Shown: positions 34,636-47,199 of the stretch, piece by piece
Position numbering within the stretch: position 1 is the stretch's first letter
How the letters are laid out: every line of letters starts with the position of its first letter
From: Rhynchobatus australiae
Lineage: Eukaryota
Assembly: GCA_034780895.1 (NCBI GenBank)
Contig: JAUZTB010000042.1
Span: forward strand, 30,768,322-30,832,321
DNA: 64,000 nucleotides
Reading direction: 5' to 3'
Translations under genes and position numbers: made by a program
The notes under the pieces: model-generated
What the model was told of the DNA's origin: nothing
The model's database searches: none
The model's input: the letters and a program-made list of their open reading frames with translations, nothing else

Positions 34636-37489
34636 ACAGCATTAGAAAAGAATGGACACTCAAAAAAATACCTAAAACCTTACAAAGCATTAGCTGCTTT
34701 TATGCTCTTAAATTGTGAAATTGCAATATCAGCTCCCAATGCCCAAATAGAAGCAAATCCAACAATAACTTGCCAGCTTCATTGAAAACAGTGAACTGAT
34801 TGAGATTTTTTTCTTGCATTTTTAGCTGCTTGCCTTAGTATATCTCATGAGCTTACATTGGTTTTGCCACCCATTGTTAAAACATTGCAGATAGGAGTCA
34901 GTGTTAAATTGAAGATGCAAACAGATCATGACTTCAACTAAAGATAATTTAACCAAACTGTATCATTATTCACTTTTTATTTCTTTAATTCTCCAGTCAC
35001 TTTACAAATACATAGTAATTGAAATTGATATCTCATTGATGTTTAACAGTGAAAAGTATACTGGTCCCCAACNNNNNNNNNNNNNNNNNNNNNNNNNNNN
35101 NNNNNNNNNNNNNNNNNNNNNNNNNNNNNNNNNNNNNNNNNNNNNNNNNNNNNNNNNNNNNNNNNNNNNNNNTGAAAAGTATACTGGTCCCCAACAGGTA
35201 TTTCTAATGTGAATCCACTAACTTATTTACCCAGCAAACTTTCTTTGTTGTGATAATTGATTACAAGATGATAACTTTATCTGACTCCGAACTATTTCCT
35301 TTTAAGCATTAGGGAGCTTGAACTGCCTGAATGTTTGAAGGTGCTGGAACTACTTCAAACAATGAGAGATTAAAGAACTTTGCTGAAAGATCTTAGCTGT
35401 GAGTGACATTTTAGGACTATGTGGTTAAGATGACAAAGTTTAAAATAACAGGTTCTTAATTTACTCAACATTAACAAATATTGTTGAGATGAGTAAAAAC
35501 TGTGAAAAAATTAGGTTCTTATCATTATATTAATATTAGTTTGTGTTGGCTTTGGTCTACTTTAGGCTTACTTTTCTGTACAAATGTTTTTACTAATTAG
35601 ATAATCAAACAATTCTGAAAGAACTAATTTTACAAGTGATTGATGCTAGTAAAGCTATTTTTGGAATAGGCTTGGCTTCAAAGAAAATGAGGTAGTTCAG
35701 CATATCAAGAAATTACTTAATTAAATATTTCTTTGTTTGATGGATATATTTTTAAATTTTAAAAAAAGGTGGGATTTTGAATTCCAAATTCCATTGAACT
35801 TAATGGCATCCAGGCATAAGTAGGACCAAAGGTTGGTCTGTATACAGACTCTTTCAATCAGATGACTATTTTTTATAAATCAGGATAAGGATCCTGGTTG
35901 ATTACTTACCCTCCCCATCTTGAGAGAAGTATGAGCTTTTATTCTTGTAACTGATAAACGCTGTCTTATGTAGAACAGGGATATTACCTCAGGTCTTCCT
36001 GATTTATTTGGCATTACTTCTGCTGCATGTGAAGTCAGGGACAAATATCTGATTTTTTTTTAGTAAGGGTGTTTGCACAAGTTTTATACTATCATATTGT
36101 AAAGGTATTGGTGTACAAACTTTTCTGAGCATTAGAAGTATACCATTGCCAGGCCCCTATTTGAGCTCAAATCACACACAAGGCCCAGTTCGATAGGAGC
36201 TCTTACACTGGTGGTTCCCATTGCACGAGTGCATCTGTTGTAGTGGATTAGCTCTTGACTGGTAGGGCTAGGCTGGAGGATGAGCAGCACAAGCTTCTAG
36301 TGGTTGAGCGAGTATTCGGGCTATGTGAGTTGGCATCTGGAGTGGGATGGTGATGGTCAGGGATCATCAAGTAAAAAGATGACAAATATACCTTAAAGAA
36401 GGACAAGCTCAGGACCATCCCAGATGAATGGACTCGCTGGCAGTGGCCTTCAGGTAAGGACTGGCTCCTTTAAGCAATGCAGATGCTGACTTAGAAGCTT
36501 TGGGTAACCGCTGATCCTGCAGTCCTGTTTCATTTGGGAACCACTTATTCCAGTTATAAGATAGCGAGAGTGAAGGCAATCAGGCATTGTGACCCAGGAG
36601 CTTTGTTTGCTACACTTTCCAGAAGCATTCTATGTTCAATCATATCTAGCATTTGGATTTTAGTTCTTCTTCTGCGTCATGTCTCCAGTCTAAGCTTTCT
36701 ATGTAGCCTGCTCATAATATACAGATCACTGCTTCTGGCATTGATCATTGCAGTGATGCAGGACATCTCAGGAAATAATCTAATGCTTGCTTCTTCTGAC
36801 AAAACATTTGGTTGCCTCGGGTCCACATAATTCAGGGCAGTTGGGTCTCTCACTCTCTTCAGCCTCCACCTTATTTTCCATTTGTAACTGAAGCCAGATG
36901 CTTATTCCTCTCCAGGTCCACTGGGTATCTCCTTTCTATACATTGTAACATACTTTGGTGATATTACTGTCAGGATATTGGACCATGTTATGTTGACAGG
37001 AGCCAGCCATTTCCCACAGCCTCCCCATGCCCTGTGCTTACTCAGTCCATACCCAGAGGGCTCAACCTGTTGGCCTGAAATGTCTTAACACAAGAAACTG
37101 GGTGGCAGCAGAGCCTGAAGAAGGCCCAGCCACATAATAGTATGTTCATTGTTAAAGGTGTTGGGAGTCTTTAAATTCTTAAAAACTATGAAAAATTAAG
37201 CAGATATTTAAAAAAATAATGATAAAACACCAAAAAACAATGAATTTAAAACACTTATAAACAATTCAAAACAATAAACAAGATAAGCTATTCTCTTTAT
37301 TTCCTTATGCTTTGTCCTACAATCCCCATGGAAATCAATGGCTCTGTGGATCCAAGAGCTGATTCCCCAGTGTAAATGCTTGAGAATCTCAGTAAGATTA
37401 AACTCCATCAAGAGTCCAGTAGTCCAACAATAAAACACCTTGACATATATGGTGCCTATTGCTGCCAAGTAGGTTCAAAACTTACCTGG

Positions 37490-37877
37490 GAGGACAATTC
37501 CAACACACAGGAACACAAGAGACTGCAGAATTGTGGACACAGCCTGGTCNNNNNNNNNNCACCATTGACAGCATCCACAGGTACCTTTCTACAACCATCA
37601 GGTTCTTGAACCAACTGCCACAACCCTAATCTTACCTCAGCAATGGAACACTATGGACCACCTCTTGCACTACCATGGACTTGTCTTTGTGACTTTGTTA
37701 TTTTTGCACTAATGTCTTGCTTTTGCACAGTTTTTTCAAAATATGGTATAATTTTATGTATAATTTATATGCTGTGTGCTGTCTGTACCTACGTGCCTGT
37801 GATGCTGCTGCAAGCAAGTTTTTCATTCTACTAAACTTCACCATACTTGTGCACATGACGATAAACTTGACTTGATT
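37490..37877 (+). mobile_element. Rex1/Babar LINE 3' fragment
   Basis: aagagactgcagaattgtggacacagcc (KRLQ.VVDTA-like), accatcaggttcttgaac (TIRFLN), tail gtgatgctgctgcaagcaagtttttcatt...catgacgataaa(cttga)2. Confidence 0.8.
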
Positions 37878-39704
37878 TATGCACTTGACTACGCATTGAC
37901 AAAAGTTCATGGCTGTTGTGCACTTAATCAACTAGCAGCCATTAGCTTTAGTATGTGAGTATCCTTAAGAGTTAATTGAAATGATTAAGACTGCCATACC
38001 TAGAAACCATGTTAATGGCACTGTCTACGGATTGGTTGATTGTTTGGAATGGTTGATAGGTTTGGCCTCCTAGGAAGTGACCTTAAGAAGTTGGTTGGGA
38101 TATGCGACTACAAGGCATCTATAATGTATATGGATTTGATTTTAAATTCCAGCACATTGTGGATAAATATTTTGCACCAGCTGGTAGAATTTCTGGGCTA
38201 CCTACTCTTAGTGAGGTCAGGTGACTTGATATGTGTTTATTTTGACAAGAATTTATACCCAGCATGTATACAACCCTGGCAAGACACACTGTGATGATAG
38301 GGTTTCTAACATTTATGGACCATGAAGTGTCAAAATGAAGCACAGAACTAGAGTCACATTCAAGTTGTAAAATGGTGATGCTTCCTCCTATGAAATTTAT
38401 TGGTGAATTGGCAGAGATTTTTCTCCAGATAGTAGCTATTGTGCCCTACTAAGGCTGGAGCTTGACTGTGTTTTTGGGGAGGAGTAGTCAGAACTTTATT
38501 CTGCATCTAGTTAGAAAGATAACACAGAAGGACATTTGATTCTTTATAACACCTTTCATGACCATATGTTGTCCCATAGTGCTTCATACCCAATAATCTG
38601 ATGTGATGATAGAGTTTCCTGAGTTGAGGTCAATTCCTGAACTACATGTTGGCTGCTAACAGAGGGTGCCCAAACTGGAAAGGAGTTCCATCGCCAACAC
38701 TATATGTGAGGTTTGAGGGACCAGAATGGTAGATGTGGAAAATGTTTGACATGAAATGTGCAACATCTCTGAATTTGTCCTATCGGACTTTCCCTTGCCA
38801 GCTTGTAAATTGTTTATTTAAGAGATCTGATTGGCAGGAGTAAGCTGTTGTTTGCCACAACCCAGACTCCTAGAGTGGGTGAAGGTGGCCACAGCTGTAC
38901 TGCTCAGGGTTGGAAGATTTATTTTTTTCAAAACCAAGTCCTGTCCCTCATCAGAGAGAAGTGCTTAGCTGGAATTCAAACCATTTGCAACGGGATTTTA
39001 AATTCAAAGTAATATCCACTAATTGGCTTCAAATACTACTCCAAAATGAAATGTGGGAAATTAAGAACAGGTGGCAATAACCACCAATCAACAAAAAGGC
39101 CAAGGGGACATTAAGCCTCACAGCTGTTGGTTGGATATAATTGTGTAGTGGGATGCTCACTTACTTTCTAATGCAAATTGGGTAGTACACCCCATTTCAA
39201 AGTACTCAACACCACTCCAGACAGGTGCCCTTTCACATCATCTGTTTTGAGCTTAAGAGCTTTTTGCATTCTCACTGTGTTTAAATTTTATTCCTCAATG
39301 AGTAGATCAGGAGATTTTAAATTAATCAATTAAGTTTCATACTAACGTGGAATAGATATCAGACTGTTTTTCCTTATGTCGCTGTATGTTTCGTTGAACA
39401 TCTTTTTTAGAAAAAGTCTGGAAGAATTTTTTTCAGAAGTCAGTATTTTATGGAGTCCATGTATTACAATTGTCAGAGGATTAACAAAATGAAATAAGTT
39501 TACTAGGTCCAAGAGTCTGGTCAATAGAAAGGAAATGTGGAAAACATGTCTAATGGGTAGCCAGTTCAGTAACACCTCCTGTGCACTATTCCCTGAAGAT
39601 AAAATGATCACACTAACCCCTGTCTCTGCCACTGTGTTCATTCTCCGTACGTGATATAACAGCAACATAACAATTTGTAACTGCCCTCAGTTGCTCATAT
39701 TTCT

Positions 39705-40040
39705 TCACAAAAGGAGGCTATTCAGCCCCTGAACTACAAACCATGTCTCAGAACATGCCCATTAGTTCCTTCCCTCACATCTCACTGCAGCCAGTTCCGC
39801 TTCACATCCCCATCAAATACCCTCTACTCCGCGCCCATCCAATTCTCCTGACACCCACCAACTGTAAGGTAATTTACAGTTAATTAATCCACTAGCACAC
39901 CTTTGGGAAGTGGGAGGAAACAACAGCACTCTTGCCATCGTGGGGAGAATGTGAAAATTTCACATAGACAGCACAGACAAGATCAGGATTGAACCTGAGA
40001 CCCTGGAGCCATGAGACAGATTCCTGCAGCTGTGCGGCAT
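39705..40040 (-). mobile_element. V-SINE (HE1-like, CR1 tail)
   Basis: Antisense V domain ctttgggaagtgggaggaaac...tggggagaatgtgaaaatttcacatagacagc, B box aggattgaacc, CR1 tail ggaggctattcagccc. Confidence 0.75.
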
Positions 40041-42079
40041 AGTTCTGCAAGGATATTCTCTTCCTGCCTTCTAAGAGAATGCAACAAAAGACACCTACAT
40101 GATGCACTGTTCCATTTCTTTGATTCCATTCACATACAAGAAGACACTGGGACCCAGAGTCCTCTCCTGAATAGATGTGGGACATGCTTCTGGGAGTGAA
40201 TGACCATACACTGATGCTGGCTGGTTAAATGTGACAGCCTCTGATATTTGTACTAGGCAGCATGATGTGGATTTGCCTGCATTTATGGAAATGTAATGTT
40301 GGATGACCAATGTTAATTGAGTGACTACAGTAGTACACTGTTGTGAAGATGTTTGCAAAACTAACTTTACATTAGTTTCTAGTGCAATTCTTCTTTGCTT
40401 ACTGAAGAGAGGTAAAGTAAATCAAACATATGACAATTCATGTAGTGAAATAAGACATTGTAATTGCTTTCCACAGCTGCAGTTCTTTGGGTAGAACAAC
40501 CAGTTCTATGATTTAGAAGTTATGATTTATCTTCCAGCAGATAACAAAGTGGTTCAATGATCAAAAGCCTGAAAATGGGGGGAAAAAGTATTTGAAATGC
40601 TTTTGTTGTCAGCGGGACAGTTCAAATATTAATAATACATCAGTCTTCCACCAAGCTTAAAAGGAGGCTGAAATGTTGACAGTGGCGTAATAAAAATATG
40701 AAGTGAAAATCAGATACAAGAGATGAGGGGTTGAGAAATCCAATAACTTTTAACCAAGTAAAAGGAAGGATGTGGAGACATCACCCCTTGTTTGACAAAG
40801 AGAAACCAATTGCCACAATTGATACCACTCTATGGTAATTCCAGTTGACTATAGACATAAGTCTCAATCTGATTCAGAAATGAATATGCAAAATAAACAT
40901 ATGCTGTACTTGCCATTTTATAGCAGATTTACCACATTTTAATAAAAGTATCTCATTTTTAAAAAATGTTCTTTTTCTCCCAGCTTCCTGTCAGTATACA
41001 GTCTAGTTCTTGACTGTTTAGATTCTAGAGTGGTTAATTAGATTCCTGACTATCCAGAGTGACCCACAATCTGATTTCCCACAACACTTCAGATCAACAG
41101 TTCAGGTTCTACTTCATGAACAGATAAAATTGCCACAGTATGTTAATGGTCATGACTGCAAACAAGTTTCATTTCAAATGTAAATCACCACATACACAGA
41201 CTCAAGGCTAAAAGATTGGTTACTGTATACAGGTGGACATCAAAGAATCAAGGCACACGCCAGTTCTCTAATATGAGCACTGAGTTCATGAATGATAATC
41301 TTCACTCATTGCCATCTTAAGCACAGAAATGAGTTATATGTGAGTGAAGTCCTAGAGACAAGCAACAATGCATTCAAATAGCTTACAAATGTACTGTTGC
41401 CAAGTTTCACGCCTACTATTTTATTTGGAAGGTTTTTCTTAGACTATAATCTAACAGGAAGGGAGAGATGCAGTTCCACACAATGGGCTGAATGGCCTCC
41501 TTCTGCACTATAAATTTCTTTGAACTATGATCTGCTAATATTGTTCTAGAATTCTTTAGTTACCAGTAACGTGCATTATTTCTTATGATGTGGCTAAACT
41601 ATGTCATGCAACATTTAGAATTATTGCAATGAAGTGTTTATATAACTTTTAATTGAGAAATAAATAACATACAGGCAAGGATAGGTCAGACACTAATTAA
41701 AGTGTTGTAAATGCTTCTTAGCAGCATCCCACAATTTTAATTAAAGGACCGTACTCTTAAATTAACAAGACAAAATAGTTGTAACTTTGGAATGCGCACT
41801 TTAAAATAAATGGAATTATTCCAATATGGAAAAAATCTGATTGTACTGAATTAAAATGGTGCCTTCTGGACTATATCTTGCATTTATGATCCAAAAATTA
41901 TATGTTTCAAAGCACGCATGATGGACATCAATCCTAATAATAAACTTTAGATTATTTCCCAATCAGCTTGAATGTGTTTGAACATCAAAGACATGGAGCT
42001 ACTGACAGTTGGCCTCCACATTAGAGGTAGTTGCCAGCACAAATGCAAACAAAACAGAATAAACTTGCTGTATGAAATG

Positions 42080-42452
42080 GAAGACTTGAAATCATGTAAC
42101 TCCTTTCACAACCTCAGGGTGCCCATATGCTTTACATACAAATAAGTGATTTTTTATTTTAGAAGTCCAGACATTGTAACAATCTGAGAGGAGTGGCAGA
42201 TGATTTGTGCAATGCGATTGCCATGAGCAACAACAACGTGATAAAGACCAGATTAAATAGGTTTTATGATTTTGTTTGGGGGATTGTTTTGGGGAGACAC
42301 TAAGGCAAGGCACTTTGGAATAGTGTCCTTGGATCTTCTATCTCCACCTGAGGGTGAAGAAGAGCTTTGGTTTCATGTCTCTTGAAATCTGTGACACTGC
42401 AGCACACCCTCAGCCCTGCATTAAAGTGTGTGCCTGAAAGTTTGTGTTCAGG
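42080..42452 (-). mobile_element. Near full-length Deu-domain SINE (SacSINE1/AmnSINE-related, L2-type tail)
   Basis: Antisense tail cctttcacaacctcagggtgccca..gctttaca, Deu core aatagtgtccttggatcttctatctccacctgag..ggtttcatgtctc, and gcagcacaccctcagccctgca. Confidence 0.7.
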
Positions 42453-43061
42453 CAGTTGGCCAATGTTAAACCTGAGTACTGTTTGGGTGGATGGAAGGTA
42501 CGTAAGTGTGGAATGCAGTGATCAGCTTTGAACTATTTTAACTCTTTCCCTATGTTTAGATTCTCTTCAAAAATTTGAAGAGGATTGGGAAATGAGTTCA
42601 GAGCACCAGTGACAACACTCCTTCAGACTTGGAGAACCACTGATGTACCTCCTGGTCTCTCAAAGAAATTACCTTCCTTTCCTGGAGTGTCTTTTTATCC
42701 TTCTCACAAGGTTTAGCCTGATGACAAAACATCAATTACTTCCTCCACACAGGCCCCAGTTAATAAAGCCCTGCAAAGGCTTTTGATGCCAGAGAAATCT
42801 GATCACCTTTTATAATTGAGGCTCCTATTTGAAACTGTCAAAATCAGCAGCATAATTATTAGAGACTGGCTGGAAATGGAGCTGATCAAGTTTAGCTTCT
42901 TGCCTGCTCTGTTCCTGCCCATCAGGGAGAATTAAAACATCCTCCAGTGTGTATTGCAAAGAGCATCTGGCTGTGAATTAGTTCAAGGCTGTAACCTATA
43001 TCTGAGATTGAAAATGGTCAAAACCACCTCAGTTCCTGAGAACATCTAAGCCCTGAACTAT

Positions 43062-43390
43062 ATCATGGAGTCATACAGGCCCTTCAACCCATCAAGTCTG
43101 TGCCAACCATCAAGCACCCATTTACACTAACCCATTTTATTCTCCCCACATTCCCATCAACTCCCCCCAGATCCTACCACTTGTCTACATACTGGGGACA
43201 ATTTATGATGGACAATTAACTGACCAACCTGCATATCTTTGGGAACTGGGAAGAATCTGGAGCAGCCAGAGAAAACACACTTGGTCACAGCGAGAATATG
43301 CAAACTACACGGACGGTGCTGGAGGTCAGGATTGAACGTGGGATGCTGGAGCTGTGAGGCAGCAGCAGTACCAGCTGCATGACTGAGCAC
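43062..43390 (-). mobile_element. V-SINE (HE1-like, CR1 tail)
   Basis: Antisense V domain and tRNA head (aggattgaacgtggg..ggagctgtgaggcagcag); CR1 tail caggcccttcaacccatcaagtctgtgcc. Confidence 0.85.
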
Positions 43391-45229
43391 TCACTGCCTT
43401 GTAATTACTTCTGGATATTAACTTTGTTATTTAGCATTCTGGTATGCAGCTGATATGGAAATTGCCCAGATAGTATTTGGGGATTAATTTAGGAAAAGAT
43501 TAACTAATTTTTAGTGAAGAAGGGATTGTTATAAGTTATCCTTCATTTAGAGAATGCCACGATGAACAGAACTGAAAACGTACCTGCTGCAGAAAAAGAA
43601 ATCCCACGGAGGTTAAGAAAAAAATACACTTCCTAATGTAAATAAGCACAAATCACATGAATTTTACTAGAAAGAACTGAATGAAACCGTGGTTAGTTCA
43701 GACAACCAGGTATAACAGCCCTCTCATAGCAGCCTGGGCAATGGGTGTTGGCAGTTGCTGCAAAAATGACACGGACTTGGCTACATATCCCACTACAGTG
43801 AATATTGAGCATTTTGCAATATCAGATTTGTTCTCTTTACCACATCCCTTCCCTGTTGTTCTTTTTCACAATAACGGCTACTGAACCAATTATTTACAAG
43901 GTACTTTGCTTTTCTCTTCCTTGCAACTTTTCTGTTGAACACTCATCACCATTTCACCTTCTTTCATTATTTCTCATATTCTGAGCAATCTAATTTCAGG
44001 CAAAGATGCCCTAGACCTAAAGTATTTTTGTTGACTCCTGCACTATTAATTCCAGATATTTATCTACTCCTTGTTTGTCGGAATGCTTCATATACTGCCA
44101 CTGTTGCCGAGACACGATGGCCAGCTAATGCCAAAACTGCATATGCACCTGGCAAGTGCACAGCAACAATGTATAGGTGCTATCCTATCACTTCTGGTGG
44201 TACACGTGTGATGCATTCCTTTTTAAAATCTAGAAACAAAAGGATTATGTTAAATAGATAGCAATGTTTTGCTACGATGAGCTGACTACAATAGAACACC
44301 TTTTCAATTCCACGAAACCTATAGCTTCTAAAATTAATTGTGCACTAAAATTAATTTTCAGGTGTATGAGCTGTCACTAAACAATTGTTTGTTTTTGGAT
44401 TAAGCAGTTTCCTGATAAAATTTTTGTCCAATCTATCTTAAAGTGTTATTAAAATTGAAGCTATACTGTCCTGTTGAATTCAGATTTTAATTAGGCTTCC
44501 TGGTGTTCAATTGCCAATGACATTTCCAATTCTGGGCAATGAACACAATGGTCAGCTATTTTCCATCTATTAAGGCAGTCCAGTAAATCACTTAGACTTG
44601 TTCTCAGTTTGTTTTGTTAATCCTTATACTAAACAAAGTTATAGATGGTGGTGCTGTGGAAGAATATGCTTTTCTTTCAAGCATCCAGCAGAACATCAAA
44701 CATCACAGATTAAGAATGCCATATCTGATACAAAGTAAGATTCTCTCTGTTCTGTCCCATCCTGCGGTGTGTCAGTGTGACACTGCGCCACTTTCTGCAC
44801 TAACCTTCCTGTGGTCTGCATCGTATTGCCAGTTTCTGCCAGTCTCATGCCAAATTAGCAATTTAATGCCGAGCAATTATTTCCAACAGGCATTTGACTG
44901 AGATTGTATAGAATAATTTGAACAGGACAGCTACAATAGGAAGAATGAAAACCTGTACTAATTGAATCCATTTTCAATGCAAATCTAATGTAGTTGCAAT
45001 GTAATAAGTACATTTATATTTCCTGCAACATTATAACACCTAAAGTCTAACTACTTTGTAAGTTAGAGTTCTCTTTCTTGAAGCTTGGCACATTGTTCTA
45101 TAAACTCTGCTCAGCAACAAAACAGCAGAACCTAATTATATTTTCATGTTTTATTTTAAAGTGATTAAGGATTTCTCTCTGATAGTTGAGTTGATAAATA
45201 TGCTGTCTGGTTTGGTTGGGAACATTACA

Positions 45230-45530
45230 GGCTCTGAGCATTTTGGGTCCAATTTGATCTGTAAGAGTTAACTGGTTTCAGCTGGGGTAACAGCAGGGAC
45301 CTTGCATTTGGCCACAGCTTACTGGGGCAAGAGAAGAGAAAAAAAATAAATCAACCCACATTCTCACTTCCTCTGTGTGCGAGGGGTGCTGGACTCAGCT
45401 GTAAAAGCACTTATGGTCACAACGGAATAACCTGCTAAACGTGGTTGTTCAGGCTAATGCATGCAGAACATTCACTTGGGTGAGGTATCATTAGAAGCTA
45501 AGATCTATGGGATTGTACCCCATCATGTTT
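45230..45530 (+). mobile_element. Ancient SINE-like repeat (same family as 34370-34635)
   Basis: ggactcagctgtaa...gaataacctgct...ggctaatgcatgcagaacattcacttgggtgaggtatc...gggattgtacccca. Confidence 0.45.
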
Positions 45531-46944
45531 TCAGGACAGGAGTGGAGAAAGCTGGAGAGAGGAAGGAAAATATGAAACATGATCACAGAAGCCATTGCCT
45601 TAAGTCAGCCCATCACATGCCCATCTTGTTTAAATATACTTCAAAAATATATGAAAATGAAATGATATTTATATGTTTTGACAAGCATCTGTACCATACC
45701 TTTTAGTACTTAAAACAGAAACTGCAACATCTCTGGTTTAGATTATCAAATTTATTTGTAATTGTATAAGCATTTCAGAGACACGGATTTTAGATTAAAA
45801 GAATTTCACTGATGTGACTTGAATGGCTTCAGCGAGGTATTTGTTAATATATTTCAAATAACACAGCTGCCTGCTGTTGTCCATCTTAAATATTTGTTTC
45901 AAAACTGTAAACTTCAAGCAAAGTGATGTACGTTTAATTCTTTGTTTAATTCATGAACATAAAACTTATAAAAGCAGCTAGATTTGTTGAAAGGCTGAAT
46001 GGAGATTTCCCCCCACGTTGTTCAAGACAGCTTTTTGATGCACTTTCTTGTTGCAGCTTTTCCATCTGTTGCTTTCAGTGTCAAGAAGACAAAACTGTTC
46101 ATCCATTCATTTGATTGAAGGAATGTGTTTACAAGCACTCTCGGAAAAGCTCGAGTGACTTTGGAGAGGTTTCAATCAGCAGGTGAAGGTCATTTCCTGT
46201 GGAGGCCATTGAATTTAAACTGGCCTGCAACCAGTCAGGAAAACAGTTTCAAAAAAAAAGGTGATTTCTTTTTTTCTAAAAAGCACAAGATGATGTCAAA
46301 CATTTCCAGTCAGTGACAAATTCTTGCAATTTGTTTGTTAAGAGGAATTTCTGCTATCAAGAGTTGCCACATAGCAGGTGACTAAAGCCACCTGCCCTTG
46401 CCTCCATCTACTGTATAAACAAGTAAGAAGATCTGAGGAGAGAATTTCACAAAGATCAAAGCTTTGGATAATCCATCTGGAATTTCTCAAAGCTGGCAAA
46501 GATTTCTAAAACTCTGCTGGAATTTTAAAAGGAATTTTAGGTCTCTTCTCTTCCAGCTGAGATAGGTTCTAGTAGAGCTTTTTACTCACGGTTGGTACTT
46601 TTATTGAGTGTGAGCTTATCGCTCAGAAGGAGAACTTCAAACATTAATGCGAGGCTAGACACTGAAAAGAGAACTCAATTGATTTCTTTTCCTTCTGTGT
46701 GGTGTACTTCTGGAAAACAATGAAACATAATTCATAACTTTAATTTTGGTACCTTAATTGTACTTCCCTTGCTAAAATTATGTTGCTTTACCTCTCAATA
46801 AACGATTAACAACTTCATTACAATATAACTCTTACAGTATTCGCAGAGTTGTTACACCAACAAGAGTTTGCTTCNNNNNNNNNNNNNNNNNNNNNNNNNN
46901 NNNNGATGGTAACTCGCAAGGTGAATTTTCGCTGCCATTAGAAT

Positions 46945-47060
46945 TAAACACATGAATTAGGAGCAGGAGTAAACCACTCAGCTCTTGCAATTCTAAAGGT
47001 TCACGGCTCTATAACCTCATCTCCATATTCTCACCTTCCCCTATAACCTTTCACCCTCTG
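46945..47060 (-). mobile_element. CR1 3' tail remnant
   Basis: gaattaggagcaggagtaaaccactcagc...cccctataacctttcaccc. Confidence 0.55.
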
Positions 47061-47199
47061 TCATTCAAGTTTTCCTAACAACCCCGAAGTTATCTATAGA
47101 AAGGTTTAATGCCACTTGCAAACATGTTATAGCATTTCTGATCTCATTGCTTAAAAAGTGGCACCAAAGAAAAGGTTGTCTTATGTTAGATTTCTGTTT

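Noticed and set aside
36150-37130. GC-richer block with a KVEAE-like antisense peptide suggestive of Gypsy pol
   Set aside because: Only one short motif; I could not extend it to RT or integrase motifs.
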